A stretch of DNA of 39,642 bases from Klebsiella phage ST437-OXA245phi4.1. The translations under genes and the position numbers were made by a program. The stretch lies in the sequence record NC_049448.1. The stretch is one strand, 5' to 3'. This document shows positions 27,659 through 37,398 of the stretch, piece after piece (position 1 is the first letter of the stretch; each line of letters opens with the position of its first letter). The notes beneath the pieces were generated by a model. The model saw only the letters and a program-made list of their open reading frames with translations. It did not search any database and had not been told where the DNA came from.

Positions 27659-28328
27659 ATGGCTTAAGTTAAACATACGGCTTGAGTTTGAAACAGCCGT
27701 CAGACGTCTTTCTCTTGATTCTTTTACAGAGGATAAAGGGAAAGGGTTTATTTTTGATAAAATACGCCATGATTTTGCAAGTGGGCGTTTTGTCGAGCGT
27801 ATTGTTTACCATGACAAAATATCAAGCTTTGACGGAAGTGAAACTACCGTTGAAAGAATCGAGTATCGCACTACAAATTTTAGCGTGGCTGTAGACTCTC
27901 TTCCTGTAATGCAGATCACTAACCCCCCCAGAACTTTAAAGCCTTTTTCTCAGGCTTTGGTAAAAAATCTTGGCTTAGGTGTTAGCTTGGAAGAAATAGA
28001 CATAAACCCTATAAACTGGCTTAATGAAATATCTTCAAGTGTAAATATCAATTTAACACAACTTGATATTTCAAGAGTTAGAGTCTCTGATTATGCCACG
28101 GCTAAAATGCAAATTATTGGCAGCAGTGATCTTAGGAAATATTATAAAGAGGAGTTAGAGGGTAAAAAAATACGAATTGACAGACTTGTTTGCTCTGTTA
28201 ATTCATTAGAGTATTCCGGTAAGCTCAAGATCACCAATAGCGGCCTTGCTTATATTGATGTTAGAAATGAAAATGAGTTTACGAAAATCGTTTTTGATAC
28301 GTTAAAAAAAGTCACCCTTCAATCATAG
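27645..28328 (+). CDS. Cargo operon gene 3 (227 aa), hypothetical
   Basis: It overlaps gene 2 by 14 nt. It is AT-rich, with no recognisable motif. Confidence 0.7.
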   Translation: MKKVKWLKLNIRLEFETAVRRLSLDSFTEDKGKGFIFDKIRHDFASGRFVERIVYHDKISSFDGSETTVERIEYRTTNFSVAVDSLPVMQITNPPRTLKPFSQALVKNLGLGVSLEEIDINPINWLNEISSSVNINLTQLDISRVRVSDYATAKMQIIGSSDLRKYYKEELEGKKIRIDRLVCSVNSLEYSGKLKITNSGLAYIDVRNENEFTKIVFDTLKKVTLQS

Positions 28329-28385
28329 ATGGCTTATAAGGAGTCACTTCACCTAACGCCTCGCCTTACTCGTTGTTCAACCTCA

Positions 28386-28414
28386 TAGGCGTCAGAATCA
28401 AGTTCTGACGCCTA
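28386..28414. terminator. Bidirectional hairpin terminator between the cargo operon and the DinI-like gene
   Basis: TAGGCGTCAGAA tcaag TTCTGACGCCTA, a perfect 12-bp stem. Confidence 0.5.
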
Positions 28415-28423
28415 CAACGTTTC

Positions 28424-28657
28424 TTAATGCAGCCAGCTGTCGTCTTCCCAAACCTGCTGCATGATTTCCATCACTCGTTTTTTGTCTTCATCTAGCTTTA
28501 AGCCGCTTAGCTCAACGCCGTTTGCCGAACCTTTTCGAATACGGATCGCGGTCTTTGGATAGATCGGCTGGAGATTTCGGTAAAGTTCAGCTTCCAGAGC
28601 GTCCAGTATTGCCTGGCTAATCTTCTGCTCTTTATCGATCATTATTTCAATTCGCAT
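28424..28657 (-). CDS. DinI-family protein (186 Tum-like SOS antirepressor candidate)
   Basis: MRIEIMIDKEQKISQAILDALEAELYRNLQPIYPK...QQVWEDDSWLH matches DinI (MRIEVTIAK...ETWESADDW) along its length. Start taken at the MRIEIM Met. Confidence 0.75.
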   Translation of the reverse strand: MRIEIMIDKEQKISQAILDALEAELYRNLQPIYPKTAIRIRKGSANGVELSGLKLDEDKKRVMEIMQQVWEDDSWLH

Positions 28658-28668
28658 AGAGATTCCCC

Positions 28669-28857
28669 TTAACTGGAAATGTCCATTGACCGGTTGCATT
28701 CATGGCTGCGGATTTTTGCCAGGAGCTCGTCTGTCAGCTCTGAAACCCACTGAATGGCAAGCCTCTTTTCTTCATCGCTACACTCACTATCCGCTACAAG
28801 CTTGATAAAAAAATCAATACGCTGGAGTTTCAACGACTCCAAAAGGTAATCCTGCAT
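28669..28857 (-). CDS. Hypothetical small protein (62 aa), upstream partner of the DinI-like gene
   Basis: ORF with its start taken at MQDYLL. It sits between the LexA box and the DinI-like gene. Confidence 0.35.
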   Translation of the reverse strand: MQDYLLESLKLQRIDFFIKLVADSECSDEEKRLAIQWVSELTDELLAKIRSHECNRSMDISS

Positions 28858-28907
28858 TTTCCCTCCTGACCTTACTACGGGATACAGCATAACTGTATAA
28901 ATAACCA

Positions 28908-28923
28908 CTGTTGTTATATACAG
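28908..28923. promoter_or_regulatory. LexA box (CTGT-N8-ACAG)
   Basis: The sequence is CTGTTGTTATATACAG, a perfect match to the half-sites with an AT-rich spacer. It lies 51 nt upstream of the small-ORF / DinI-like operon. Confidence 0.6.
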
Positions 28924-29019
28924 TATATTACGATTTTTCAGTTGTAAAATAGTTTTTATCATTCAATCAGATGTATCCGATGGGATCGAAGAAGAGCGAG
29001 AATTGCTAAAGACGCGTAA

Positions 29020-31404
29020 TCAGTACCACTGCCGCCATTTGTCATCTTCCTGCAGCCGCTGATTGCGGTAAAAAAGCCGCAGCCCGGCCCCCGATGGAAT
29101 GCTGCCACCACGCAGCAGTAGATCGATCTCATTCTCGCTGCCGTCAAACCCTCTGGACTTCAACTCATGTTCAAGCTGCAGGCGCAGCCGATCGTTAATT
29201 TCCTGTTTGTAACCCTTCCGCCGCTTCGGTCTTACCTGTCGCAGCCTCGCATTTAGCTCCCGTAGCTCTTTTCGGCTCATACTATTGAAGTCCGGCAGCG
29301 GTTCCAGCTGTTTTTCACCTGATAAATCCGACTCAAAATAGTTCATTTTTTCCACAGGGGGACAGTTATTGCCACGAGTCCAAGGGGCGCAAGCGCCCTG
29401 GTCGGCTGGCGCCTCCTGAACGTCAACGGCCTTACGAACCATTTTCCACTTCATCGCATGCGTGCAAATCCGTCCCTCAATAATCGGGGACCAGATGCCA
29501 TAAATACGGATGCCGTGATCGCCATAGGCTGATGGCTCGTCATTGAGTTCATAAGCCGTGCGGACCAGGTGATGTTTACGCGGAACCAGTACGCCGCCCT
29601 GTTTCATGATGTAGGTGGCAAAACACCCGGCATCGGCTGCCGCCAGCACGGCATCCAGACGCGGGTTATCCAGTACCGGCGCTCCGGCTTTTTTATCGGC
29701 CTGCTGTCGCGCGGCCTGGCCTGCCAGCAAACGCAGCTCACGGTATGCCTGACGCCCCGGAATACCAAAAAAGCGGAATTGCTGGACGCGATGCAGCGAG
29801 GCCCAGGCATTGACATGTTCGGCATTGTCCCGCAGTGATCTGCCGGTTTCTTTGCTGATTTCGTTAGCCAGGCCACGCCCGTCGATGTTCTTACTGATGT
29901 ACTTCGCGATGTAGCTGGTCGGCGTACCCTTGCGCGGGTTGATCAGCTCAGACTTAAAACGCGGGCCGGTATTGTTGCCCAGCTCCTCGCGGTCCTCACG
30001 GATGGCAAATTTACGCAGCAGTGCAGTGATGGACTTGCGGTCTTTTTTGCGCATGAAGCAAAGCAGGTGCCAGTGCACGGTGCCGTCATGGTGTGGCTCA
30101 GCAACGCGGACGCCATACCAGCGCAGCCCGGCTTTGTGCATCGCCTTACGGAAGGCGGCGAACATATGCACCAGATAATCGCTGCTCTGCCGGACCGTGG
30201 CACTGGTCCATTTTGGGTTTGGCCTGCCGTTATTGAGCGTTGCGTGAAAGCGTGACGGACAGGTGATGGTATAGAACACGGCGCATTCACCACGCATTTC
30301 TGCGATCAGCTCCAGCCCTTTAACGCAGGCCATCATTTCGTTGCGCCGGTGCGCCGGATTGCTGCTGCTGGCGTTTACCACGTCTTCCATATCCAGCGTA
30401 TCGCCCTGCTCATTGGTCAGCTCATGCGAGCGGAAGAACTCCAGCGATTTGCGGCGCTGTTCGCGTTTATGGATCACGGCCTCATAGCTGACATACGGGG
30501 ACGCCTTTTTGTTAACCAGGCAGACGGCGCGCAGCTGTTCTTCCCGCCATTCACACCGCATCTGCCACAGCTTGCGATACCACCAGTCAGCACAGAGCAT
30601 ACGGGCAAGCGAACCCGGAATAAGTTCGTATGGGACCGGGTTACGGCGGTGCTTTTTACGGCGCAGCTGCTCGAAAGCAGGCGGGATAACATCAAGGCGC
30701 ATGGCCTCAGCCGCCACCCTTTCCCATGACCGGCGGATCTCTTCCGGCGTAACGTCTTCATCCGAAAACAGCTCACCGCAGGCAGCATCCAGACACATGC
30801 TCATGTGTGCCGCCACCAAGGTAGATAACCGCTTAACCTGATCCTGGTTCATTTCAGGCAGAACCAGCAGGCCCTCCAGCCCGTCGTGGCTCGCCATAAA
30901 ACGGAATGACGCAGAAACCTGGCTGGTACGCACGCGCTCCAGGCGTTCAAGGCACGGCCTGATGGTTTCACGTAGATAGCGGGAATATGCCTTCGGCTTG
31001 CCCAGGCCCTCGAAATATTTAATGCGCTCAAGCAGTGGCTTGCTGATATGTGATGTTTCAGCGCTTACGTCCGCCAGAATCACCAGATCGGGATTAAACC
31101 GCTGCTGCTCGCGGGCCATTTTGGCACGGCTGATCAGCCGGTCCTGCTCCATTTCCCGCTGAACAGGATCACGGGATTCATTGAAGAAATAGCGGTCCCA
31201 GACCTCATTACTCAGAGCCTCGCGGCGCAGCTGTTCCTGCTCGTTATCCGCAGCATAGAGAGTAATCAGGTTTGAAAGCGCAGAAACCGGCGCTACTTCT
31301 GCCGGGTCCAGATAGGGGTTAATCGCCTTTTTAGGTAAATTCCAGGCAAAAGCAGCGGCGGAATCTTCTGCTCCGCCGTGCTTTTCAACTTCGTGATGAC
31401 TCAC
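29020..31404 (-). CDS. A: Replication initiation protein A (rolling-circle HUH endonuclease, P2 gpA / 186 A family)
   Basis: 794 aa. It has the HUH motif VHWHLL and a YIAKY tyrosine pair. Confidence 0.9.
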   Translation of the reverse strand: MSHHEVEKHGGAEDSAAAFAWNLPKKAINPYLDPAEVAPVSALSNLITLYAADNEQEQLRREALSNEVWDRYFFNESRDPVQREMEQDRLISRAKMAREQQRFNPDLVILADVSAETSHISKPLLERIKYFEGLGKPKAYSRYLRETIRPCLERLERVRTSQVSASFRFMASHDGLEGLLVLPEMNQDQVKRLSTLVAAHMSMCLDAACGELFSDEDVTPEEIRRSWERVAAEAMRLDVIPPAFEQLRRKKHRRNPVPYELIPGSLARMLCADWWYRKLWQMRCEWREEQLRAVCLVNKKASPYVSYEAVIHKREQRRKSLEFFRSHELTNEQGDTLDMEDVVNASSSNPAHRRNEMMACVKGLELIAEMRGECAVFYTITCPSRFHATLNNGRPNPKWTSATVRQSSDYLVHMFAAFRKAMHKAGLRWYGVRVAEPHHDGTVHWHLLCFMRKKDRKSITALLRKFAIREDREELGNNTGPRFKSELINPRKGTPTSYIAKYISKNIDGRGLANEISKETGRSLRDNAEHVNAWASLHRVQQFRFFGIPGRQAYRELRLLAGQAARQQADKKAGAPVLDNPRLDAVLAAADAGCFATYIMKQGGVLVPRKHHLVRTAYELNDEPSAYGDHGIRIYGIWSPIIEGRICTHAMKWKMVRKAVDVQEAPADQGACAPWTRGNNCPPVEKMNYFESDLSGEKQLEPLPDFNSMSRKELRELNARLRQVRPKRRKGYKQEINDRLRLQLEHELKSRGFDGSENEIDLLLRGGSIPSGAGLRLFYRNQRLQEDDKWRQWY

Positions 31405-32249
31405 GCGCGCACCTCATGCACGACAGAGCGATCAGGGCCGCCAGCTAGATCAAAGCCAGCCCATACTCCCGGCTTCAGTACAGCAATAAGTTCGTCAGCA
31501 CTTTTTCCTTCGCCCGCGGCAACGCCGATGCTGCGCTTTACGTTAATGCGGTCATGAGTGAAATTTCGATACAGGGAACGAGTCAGAGAAGTGTCGCTGT
31601 TCGAAACAATGACCGGATGGCCTTCTGATGCCCGGCGCTCAAGAATAGAGGCCAGCTGATACTGATCGTCCTGAGTAAAACCGGCAGTGTGATAGTTGCT
31701 GAAAGTACCGTCATATGGCGGATCGCAATAAATAACATCCCCAGGCACCAATAACGCCAAAGTTTCGTCATAGCTGGCGCAGATAAACGTGGCACGGGTA
31801 GCTTTTTCAGCAAAAGCGCGGATTTCATTTTCAGGAAAATACGGTTTTTTATAATGACCGTAAGGCGCGTTAAATTCGCCCTTTTTGTTATAACGACAAA
31901 GACCACGATAGCAATGACGATTTAAGAATAAAAAGAGAGGCGCTTGCCACTCAGGATCTTTATCCTGATTGAATGAATCCCGGCTATCATAATAACCATC
32001 TGCACTATTGAAAATTTTAAACAGGTGTTTGGCACGCTCAATAAAATCTGATGCGTTTGTAGCTATCTCCCGATATAGATTTATTAAGTCAGGGTTAATA
32101 TCCGCGACAAGATAATGAGGATACTCTGTCGCCATCATCACAGCGCAGGAACCCGCGAAAGGTTCAACCAGTCGCGGGCCTGCAGGCAGGTGCTTTTTCA
32201 GCTCATGCATGATGGCGGTTTTATTGCCCGCCCATTTCAGGATGGTGCT
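31401..32249 (-). CDS. dam: DNA adenine methyltransferase (Dam family)
   Basis: EPFAGSCAV (motif I) and YCDPPY (motif IV). Start taken at [11 protein letters not shown]. Confidence 0.85.
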   Translation of the reverse strand, partial: STILKWAGNKTAIMHELKKHLPAGPRLVEPFAGSCAVMMATEYPHYLVADINPDLINLYREIATNASDFIERAKHLFKIFNSADGYYDSRDSFNQDKDPEWQAPLFLFLNRHCYRGLCRYNKKGEFNAPYGHYKKPYFPENEIRAFAEKATRATFICASYDETLALLVPGDVIYCDPPYDGTFSNYHTAGFTQDDQYQLASILERRASEGHPVIVSNSDTSLTRSLYRNFTHDRINVKRSIGVAAGEGKSADELIAVLKPGVWAGFDLAGGPDRSVVHEVRA

Positions 32250-32476
32250 CATACAGCACCCCCATTGTAGTGTTTGCCTTTCAGCTCTGCGATTTCCTGA
32301 CAGGTGATGCAGCACTGCACACCAGGAATAGCACGGCGGCGGGCTGGCGGTATTGGTGCGTCGCAGTCAATGCACAAGACACGGGAAACGCCCGGCGCTT
32401 TATTGCGGGCGGTGTGGATGTGCCGCTGGCGTTCTTCTTCAACGCGCTGCTGTACGAGGTCCATAGAATCAGCCAT
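32249..32476 (-). CDS. TraR/DksA-family C4 zinc-finger protein
   Basis: 75 aa with the CIDCDAPIP...CCITC pattern. Confidence 0.75.
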   Translation of the reverse strand: MADSMDLVQQRVEEERQRHIHTARNKAPGVSRVLCIDCDAPIPPARRRAIPGVQCCITCQEIAELKGKHYNGGAV

Positions 32477-32760
32477 CAGTGGATCTCCTGCGCTTCGTTC
32501 TGGATGTTTTCCGCAGCAACGCGCAGCAGCTCCGCCGCCTCAACGTGATTAAGCTGGCGCGATGTGATGTGACACGCCATGCTATCAAGACGGGCAGCCA
32601 TCGCCGCAGCACGTGCACGGCGTTCTTCCATACGGGCCTCTGTCAGTATCTGGTTAAGACCTGCATCATCCGGGCCGATTTTGTTGGAACGGGTTTCGAT
32701 ATTTCGCATTGTTGTTTCTCCTGAATTTGGGCAAAAAAATGCCCGGCGGGTATACGCCAT
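32476..32760 (-). CDS. Hypothetical early-region protein
   Basis: 94-aa ORF. The start may instead be the internal Met at 32709. It lies in the early operon. Confidence 0.45.
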   Translation of the reverse strand: MAYTRRAFFCPNSGETTMRNIETRSNKIGPDDAGLNQILTEARMEERRARAAAMAARLDSMACHITSRQLNHVEAAELLRVAAENIQNEAQEIH

Positions 32761-32776
32761 TAATTTCTGTTGTCGT

Positions 32777-33115
32777 TTAATTCGGCATGGCTAGCCGTTT
32801 TGGAAATAAACTCACGACTGCGCGAAGATGGTTCATCACACCAATAAGTGCGGTTACCTCGTCACTCGTCAGCTCACTAAACTCAACGCAGTGACGCTCC
32901 TTGCTAATATTTGCAAGAAAAAATAATGCAGCAAGCACACGATTATTCAGCTCGTACTTTTCATCACGCTTATCACGCATTTCGTTAATAAAGCGATTAA
33001 GTTCTTTTTCACAGTCGCCATATAGAGCGGTGCGTAGCACAGATATATGATTTAACGCACTGGCACGCTGCCCGGCGCTCATATTGATAGTGATATCTTC
33101 AGCTTTGAAAGCCAT
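32777..33115 (-). CDS. Hypothetical early-region protein
   Basis: 112-aa ORF in the early operon, downstream of cII. Confidence 0.5.
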   Translation of the reverse strand: MAFKAEDITINMSAGQRASALNHISVLRTALYGDCEKELNRFINEMRDKRDEKYELNNRVLAALFFLANISKERHCVEFSELTSDEVTALIGVMNHLRAVVSLFPKRLAMPN

Positions 33116-33286
33116 GACATTCTTTTCCTGTTACCGGTTAAACCTTCCAGCAGCGCATCCTGAGAGCGGCACGGATGCCAGCGCTTGCCATCCTTCCCCA
33201 TGATCCAGCCATGCCCGAAATGAGGTGATGGGCTTTGCTTAACGAGCAGCGATGCGATAGATGGTTGTTTAGTCAACATAGCCACC

Positions 33287-33796
33287 TCAGATCAAACCAA
33301 ACGAGGCACCCAGGCCAGTGACTGTATCAATGGTGCTGGCCATTGCCGGGCTTGCCTGCAGGCGCGCCTGCAACGTCACTGCGGTTAATGCCATCAGTCG
33401 AGTAACTGAATTAATGCTATCAACAATCTGACGGCGCCCTGCCGTTGTATGCGCTTCGCCGGAAACAGCGCCGGCAGCCACGCGGCCGATTTCTGCCGTA
33501 GCTTTTAGAACATATTCCGGCATCTTTTCGCGCGCGACTTCGTTTAACGGCACGCACGGGAGGCAGTGGATCTGAGCCAGGAAACCATCAACCAACGCTG
33601 AATCCTCGGTCAGATCAGTAAGCAGCCAGATCTCCGGCGCGGTAAGTTGGTGCGGCTGGTCCGGGTTAAGCTTATTGCGCAGAGTCTGAACATTCATCCC
33701 GGCACGCCCTGCCAGTTTCGCCATGTTATGACGCAGTGCGAAAGCCCGGCAGGCTTCATCAAAATGCGGATGTTTGGAAATCTTATAATCAAACAT
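33287..33796 (-). CDS. cII: CII-like lysogeny establishment regulator (186 CII / CP76 family)
   Basis: 169 aa, the same length as 186 CII. MFDYKISKHPHFDEACRAFALRHNMAKLAGRAGMNVQTLRNKLNP matches 186 CII as recalled. Confidence 0.8.
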   Translation of the reverse strand: MFDYKISKHPHFDEACRAFALRHNMAKLAGRAGMNVQTLRNKLNPDQPHQLTAPEIWLLTDLTEDSALVDGFLAQIHCLPCVPLNEVAREKMPEYVLKATAEIGRVAAGAVSGEAHTTAGRRQIVDSINSVTRLMALTAVTLQARLQASPAMASTIDTVTGLGASFGLI

Positions 33797-33828
33797 GTGG
33801 GCCCCTTAAAAAGTTCTCATAATCGAAC

Positions 33829-34071
33829 TTACTGACCAACAATGACGCGGAAGTTGGAATGACCAAGAGACTCACGGACCTGATCGGTTTTGTACATTAA
33901 GTAACGCAGGCTTACGCGACCTTTATTTTTCTCTTTTTTAACCATGTACTTAGCAAGATGACCATGATGAATTTTTTGGTATACAGAGCCACGGGAAATA
34001 CCTTCCCACTCCGCGAACTCTGCAGGCGTAGCCATCTCTTTTGGTACTCGAATTGAAATATCTGTGCTCAT
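33829..34071 (-). CDS. apl: Apl/Cox-family excisionase-repressor
   Basis: Start taken at MSTDISIR, giving 81 aa. It has an HTH resembling P2 Cox / 186 Apl. It is the first gene of the early operon. Confidence 0.6.
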   Translation of the reverse strand: MSTDISIRVPKEMATPAEFAEWEGISRGSVYQKIHHGHLAKYMVKKEKNKGRVSLRYLMYKTDQVRESLGHSNFRVIVGQ

Positions 34072-34142
34072 AGTGCAGTATCTTTTAGTTTTAGTGCGTT
34101 TTATGATGTTCAACCCCAACTTCCAAACTCTCACTTTAGAAG

Positions 34143-34823
34143 TTGGACATAACTTACGATCCCGATATTGGATTGTCAAATGGAGAGTTCAACTTGAAGA
34201 TCAACAGCGGTACAAATACGGGAGGAAGGGAAGCTATCAAAAGGCTAATGACTGCCTACGGTTTCAATACTCAGATTGCTTTAGTTGAGCATCTTCAAGC
34301 TTCTAAAAGTACTATGGCAAACAGGATGTTACGTGACAGCTTTCCTGCTGACTGGGTTATCCAATGCGCTCTTGAAACAGGCATTTCTTTGCTCTGGTTA
34401 ACAACAGGGCAAGGCGAAATGTACCCTCAGGCAGACGAAAAAAATAAGTCCAAAAACGAGAGTCAGCCCACAGTACGCCCCCTTTCTAAGATTGTCGTCC
34501 CGCCAGTGAAACAGGTAACGATAGAGGGCGGTACTTTTAATGAACTGGAGGATATTTATCTTGATCAGGGGCTGATTTCAGGTAAAGCAGAAGACTGTTT
34601 GTACGTAAAAACGACTGAAGGGGATTACGTTATTGATACCTCTACAAAACAGCTCAGTAACGGAATCTGGCTTATCGATATTGATGGAATGAAAAGTATC
34701 GTGAAGATTGCCCGCATCCCAGGGAATAAAATTATTGTCCATCAAGATGACACCTCTTTTGAATGCTCTGTCGACGACGTTGAGGTAATTGGCCGTGCAG
34801 TAAAAGTCATTAAGAGCATTTAA
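34143..34823 (+). CDS. cI: CI immunity repressor (186 CI type)
   Basis: AYGFNTQIALVEHL...CALETGISLLWLTTGQGE matches the N-terminal domain of 186 CI. The true start is probably downstream of 34143, since 186 CI is 192 aa. Confidence 0.75.
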   Translation: MDITYDPDIGLSNGEFNLKINSGTNTGGREAIKRLMTAYGFNTQIALVEHLQASKSTMANRMLRDSFPADWVIQCALETGISLLWLTTGQGEMYPQADEKNKSKNESQPTVRPLSKIVVPPVKQVTIEGGTFNELEDIYLDQGLISGKAEDCLYVKTTEGDYVIDTSTKQLSNGIWLIDIDGMKSIVKIARIPGNKIIVHQDDTSFECSVDDVEVIGRAVKVIKSI

Positions 34824-34825
34824 TT

Positions 34826-35851
34826 ATGACGATCAGAAAGCAGCCGAACGGAAAGTGGTTATGCGAGTGTTATCCGAACGGACGTGACGGGAAGCGCGTG
34901 CGCAAGCAATTTGCGACAAAGGGCGAGGCTGTAGCATTCGAAAATTTCACCATGGATGAAGTGAACAAAAAACCGTGGCTGGGTGAAAAGGAAGATCGGC
35001 GGCGTTTGTCAGAATTGATTGAGCAGTGGCACTCCCTTTACGGCCAGACGCTGGCAGACCCTAAGCGCCTAATGGCGAAATTGAATATTATCTGCAATGG
35101 CCTGGGCGATCCCGTCGCCTCTGAATTAACCGCCAGTGACTTTACAAAATATCGTGAAGCACGATTAAAAGGTGAGGTTCGTAACGAAGACGGTGCGCTA
35201 ATGTCGCCAGTAAAGCCCCGCACGGTAAACCTGGAACAGCGTAACTTATCATCCGTTTTTGGCACCTTGAAAAAGTTGGGCCACTGGTCAGCCCCTAACC
35301 CACTAGCAGGGCTGCCAACATTCAAAATCGCAGAGGGAGAACTAGCGTTCCTGGCCCCGGACGAAATTAAACGCCTGCTTGATGCCTGTGCTGACTCTCA
35401 AAGCTCCAGCTTGCTGATGATTGCAAAAATATGCCTGGCCACCGGCGCACGCTGGAGTGAGGCCGAAAACCTTCAGGGCCATCAGTTGTCAAAATACCGG
35501 ATCACCTATACCAAAACCAAAGGCAAGAAAAACCGAACCGTACCGATATCTCAGGATCTGTATGACGAACTCCCCAAAATCAGAGGGAAGCTATTCACGC
35601 CATGCAGAAAAGCCTTTGAGCGTGCAGTGAAACGCGCAGGAATCGACTTGCCAGAGGGTCAATGCACCCATGTGTTGCGTCATACTTTCGCCAGTCACTT
35701 TATGATGAATGGCGGAAACATACTGGTACTGCGAGATATTCTGGGGCATTCAGACATTAAAATGACAATGGTTTATGCTCATTTTTCACCAGATCACCTA
35801 GAAGATGCTGTGACGAAAAACCCTCTTAATAACTTGGTGTATTGGAAATGA
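34826..35851 (+). CDS. int: Tyrosine integrase (P2/186 family)
   Basis: 341 aa with HxxR...Y catalytic-region motifs (VLRHTFASH...MVYAHF). It lies downstream of cI, as in 186. Confidence 0.9.
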   Translation: MTIRKQPNGKWLCECYPNGRDGKRVRKQFATKGEAVAFENFTMDEVNKKPWLGEKEDRRRLSELIEQWHSLYGQTLADPKRLMAKLNIICNGLGDPVASELTASDFTKYREARLKGEVRNEDGALMSPVKPRTVNLEQRNLSSVFGTLKKLGHWSAPNPLAGLPTFKIAEGELAFLAPDEIKRLLDACADSQSSSLLMIAKICLATGARWSEAENLQGHQLSKYRITYTKTKGKKNRTVPISQDLYDELPKIRGKLFTPCRKAFERAVKRAGIDLPEGQCTHVLRHTFASHFMMNGGNILVLRDILGHSDIKMTMVYAHFSPDHLEDAVTKNPLNNLVYWK

Positions 35852-37398
35852 AAAAAATAACGGTCTTAGATTCAGATATCCTATCTAAAATGAAGATGAG
35901 AGCTGTCAAATCGGCAATCCGAAAATTACAGCCAGAAACATTTATTCGTCAATGTATGGATTATAATCTCCAGAGATTTAAAGATAGTCTAGACATGTTG
36001 AAACATCACCCTTGGATTGTAAATCTATGCATCAAGTGGGCAGCATCAAGCATAGGTGATAAAAGGGCCACAAAAGTTGGTGATACTCGCACACTCAATA
36101 AAATTCTACAGCAAACATACGATGTAATGCCTTACATCCCAGTTGGTTTGAAAAGTGCTGATAGTATTGATTTCTTCTTTAGAAATAATCTATATCAGCA
36201 GCTAATGTACCAAACTTCATCTACTGGTCACTACATTAGCAGAGAAGCCTTCATATTTGGAAGGCTCGATCCTCATCATAAATTATCAAGAAGGTTCTTT
36301 GAATTAACTAATTTATCAGTTGAACGCTTTGTCATGTTATCAATTACATTCACCTTCTTAATCAGCAGCAAAAAAAATGTAATAAAAGAAGTAACAGCTG
36401 ACATGTTTAGTATATTGACACCATATATAAGCCGAGAAGAAATTTTCTATTTTTTGGATTCATTATCAATTAGTTATGAAGATCTTCCTGAGTTTTGCAA
36501 AAGAAAAACCACGGAAAATCCGTTAAAAGAATACTTCTTACCTTCACCATTTATTGAGAACCCATTAATAAAATACAACGACAAATTTTTATTACTACAT
36601 ACTCAACTGACTTTAGCTAGCCTTCAAACATTTATCTATGACTTATTAAGAAGAGATGATCCTGAAAAGTTTATGGACAGCTTTGGCTCAATATTTGAAA
36701 ATCTTGTCAAGGATATATTTGATGAAAGCAAAATAAGATACATTGATGAGCAATCACTTAAAAAACATTTGCCTCAAGAAAACAAAGTGGTTGATTTTTT
36801 AATACCCCATGAGGCAGCGAACATATTCATTGATGCTAAAGGGGTTGAGATACATGAGCGGGGCATGGTTACTCTCAGTCATAGTGAAATATCAGGGAGG
36901 ATAAAAAACTCAGTATTAAAAACAATCGAACAAGCGCACGCCGTTAATAGGGAAATCCTTAACTCACCTAAATTAATAACAGATTTCAAAAGTGAATCTT
37001 ATATTTTATGCATAACGTATAAAAACCTCATGCTTGGAAATGGCACCTTTTTAGAAAAGTCATACGCCACTGATGGAGTTTCAAAAATACGGAAAAATCA
37101 CGATGATGCATATCAAATTCCAGATAGTCATATTTTTTGCATTAGCATTGAAGAATTTGAGTACCTGATGTCATCTTGTAAAGAGCATGGTCGCCAACCA
37201 TATGAAGTTTTAAGGTATGCCGTTGAAATGAATAGAACACCATCACAAACTGTATTTTTATTCATTCAGCACCTCGAAAAATTCTTTGGTCAAGTTACAA
37301 AGTCGGAAATGATTAGGAAAACAGGTTTAGATTTACTTGAACGAATGACAGAGAACATTCCCGGACTTAAACAAAATGTAAATTTGGTTAATGAGTAA
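35848..37398 (+). CDS. Cargo protein (516 aa) with a PD-(D/E)xK-like core, translationally coupled to int
   Basis: Its ATG overlaps the int TGA (ATGA). It is AT-rich. Residues about 316-331 (VVDFLIP...IFIDAK) fit the hhhD-x12-DxK nuclease pattern. Confidence 0.65.
   Translation: MKKITVLDSDILSKMKMRAVKSAIRKLQPETFIRQCMDYNLQRFKDSLDMLKHHPWIVNLCIKWAASSIGDKRATKVGDTRTLNKILQQTYDVMPYIPVGLKSADSIDFFFRNNLYQQLMYQTSSTGHYISREAFIFGRLDPHHKLSRRFFELTNLSVERFVMLSITFTFLISSKKNVIKEVTADMFSILTPYISREEIFYFLDSLSISYEDLPEFCKRKTTENPLKEYFLPSPFIENPLIKYNDKFLLLHTQLTLASLQTFIYDLLRRDDPEKFMDSFGSIFENLVKDIFDESKIRYIDEQSLKKHLPQENKVVDFLIPHEAANIFIDAKGVEIHERGMVTLSHSEISGRIKNSVLKTIEQAHAVNREILNSPKLITDFKSESYILCITYKNLMLGNGTFLEKSYATDGVSKIRKNHDDAYQIPDSHIFCISIEEFEYLMSSCKEHGRQPYEVLRYAVEMNRTPSQTVFLFIQHLEKFFGQVTKSEMIRKTGLDLLERMTENIPGLKQNVNLVNE

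Noticed and set aside
33079-33285. 68-aa ORF between cII and the 112-aa gene
   Set aside because: It overlaps the start of the 112-aa ORF by 37 nt, has unremarkable composition and has no clear ribosome-binding site. It may be the true start region of the neighbouring gene rather than a separate gene. It is left unannotated.
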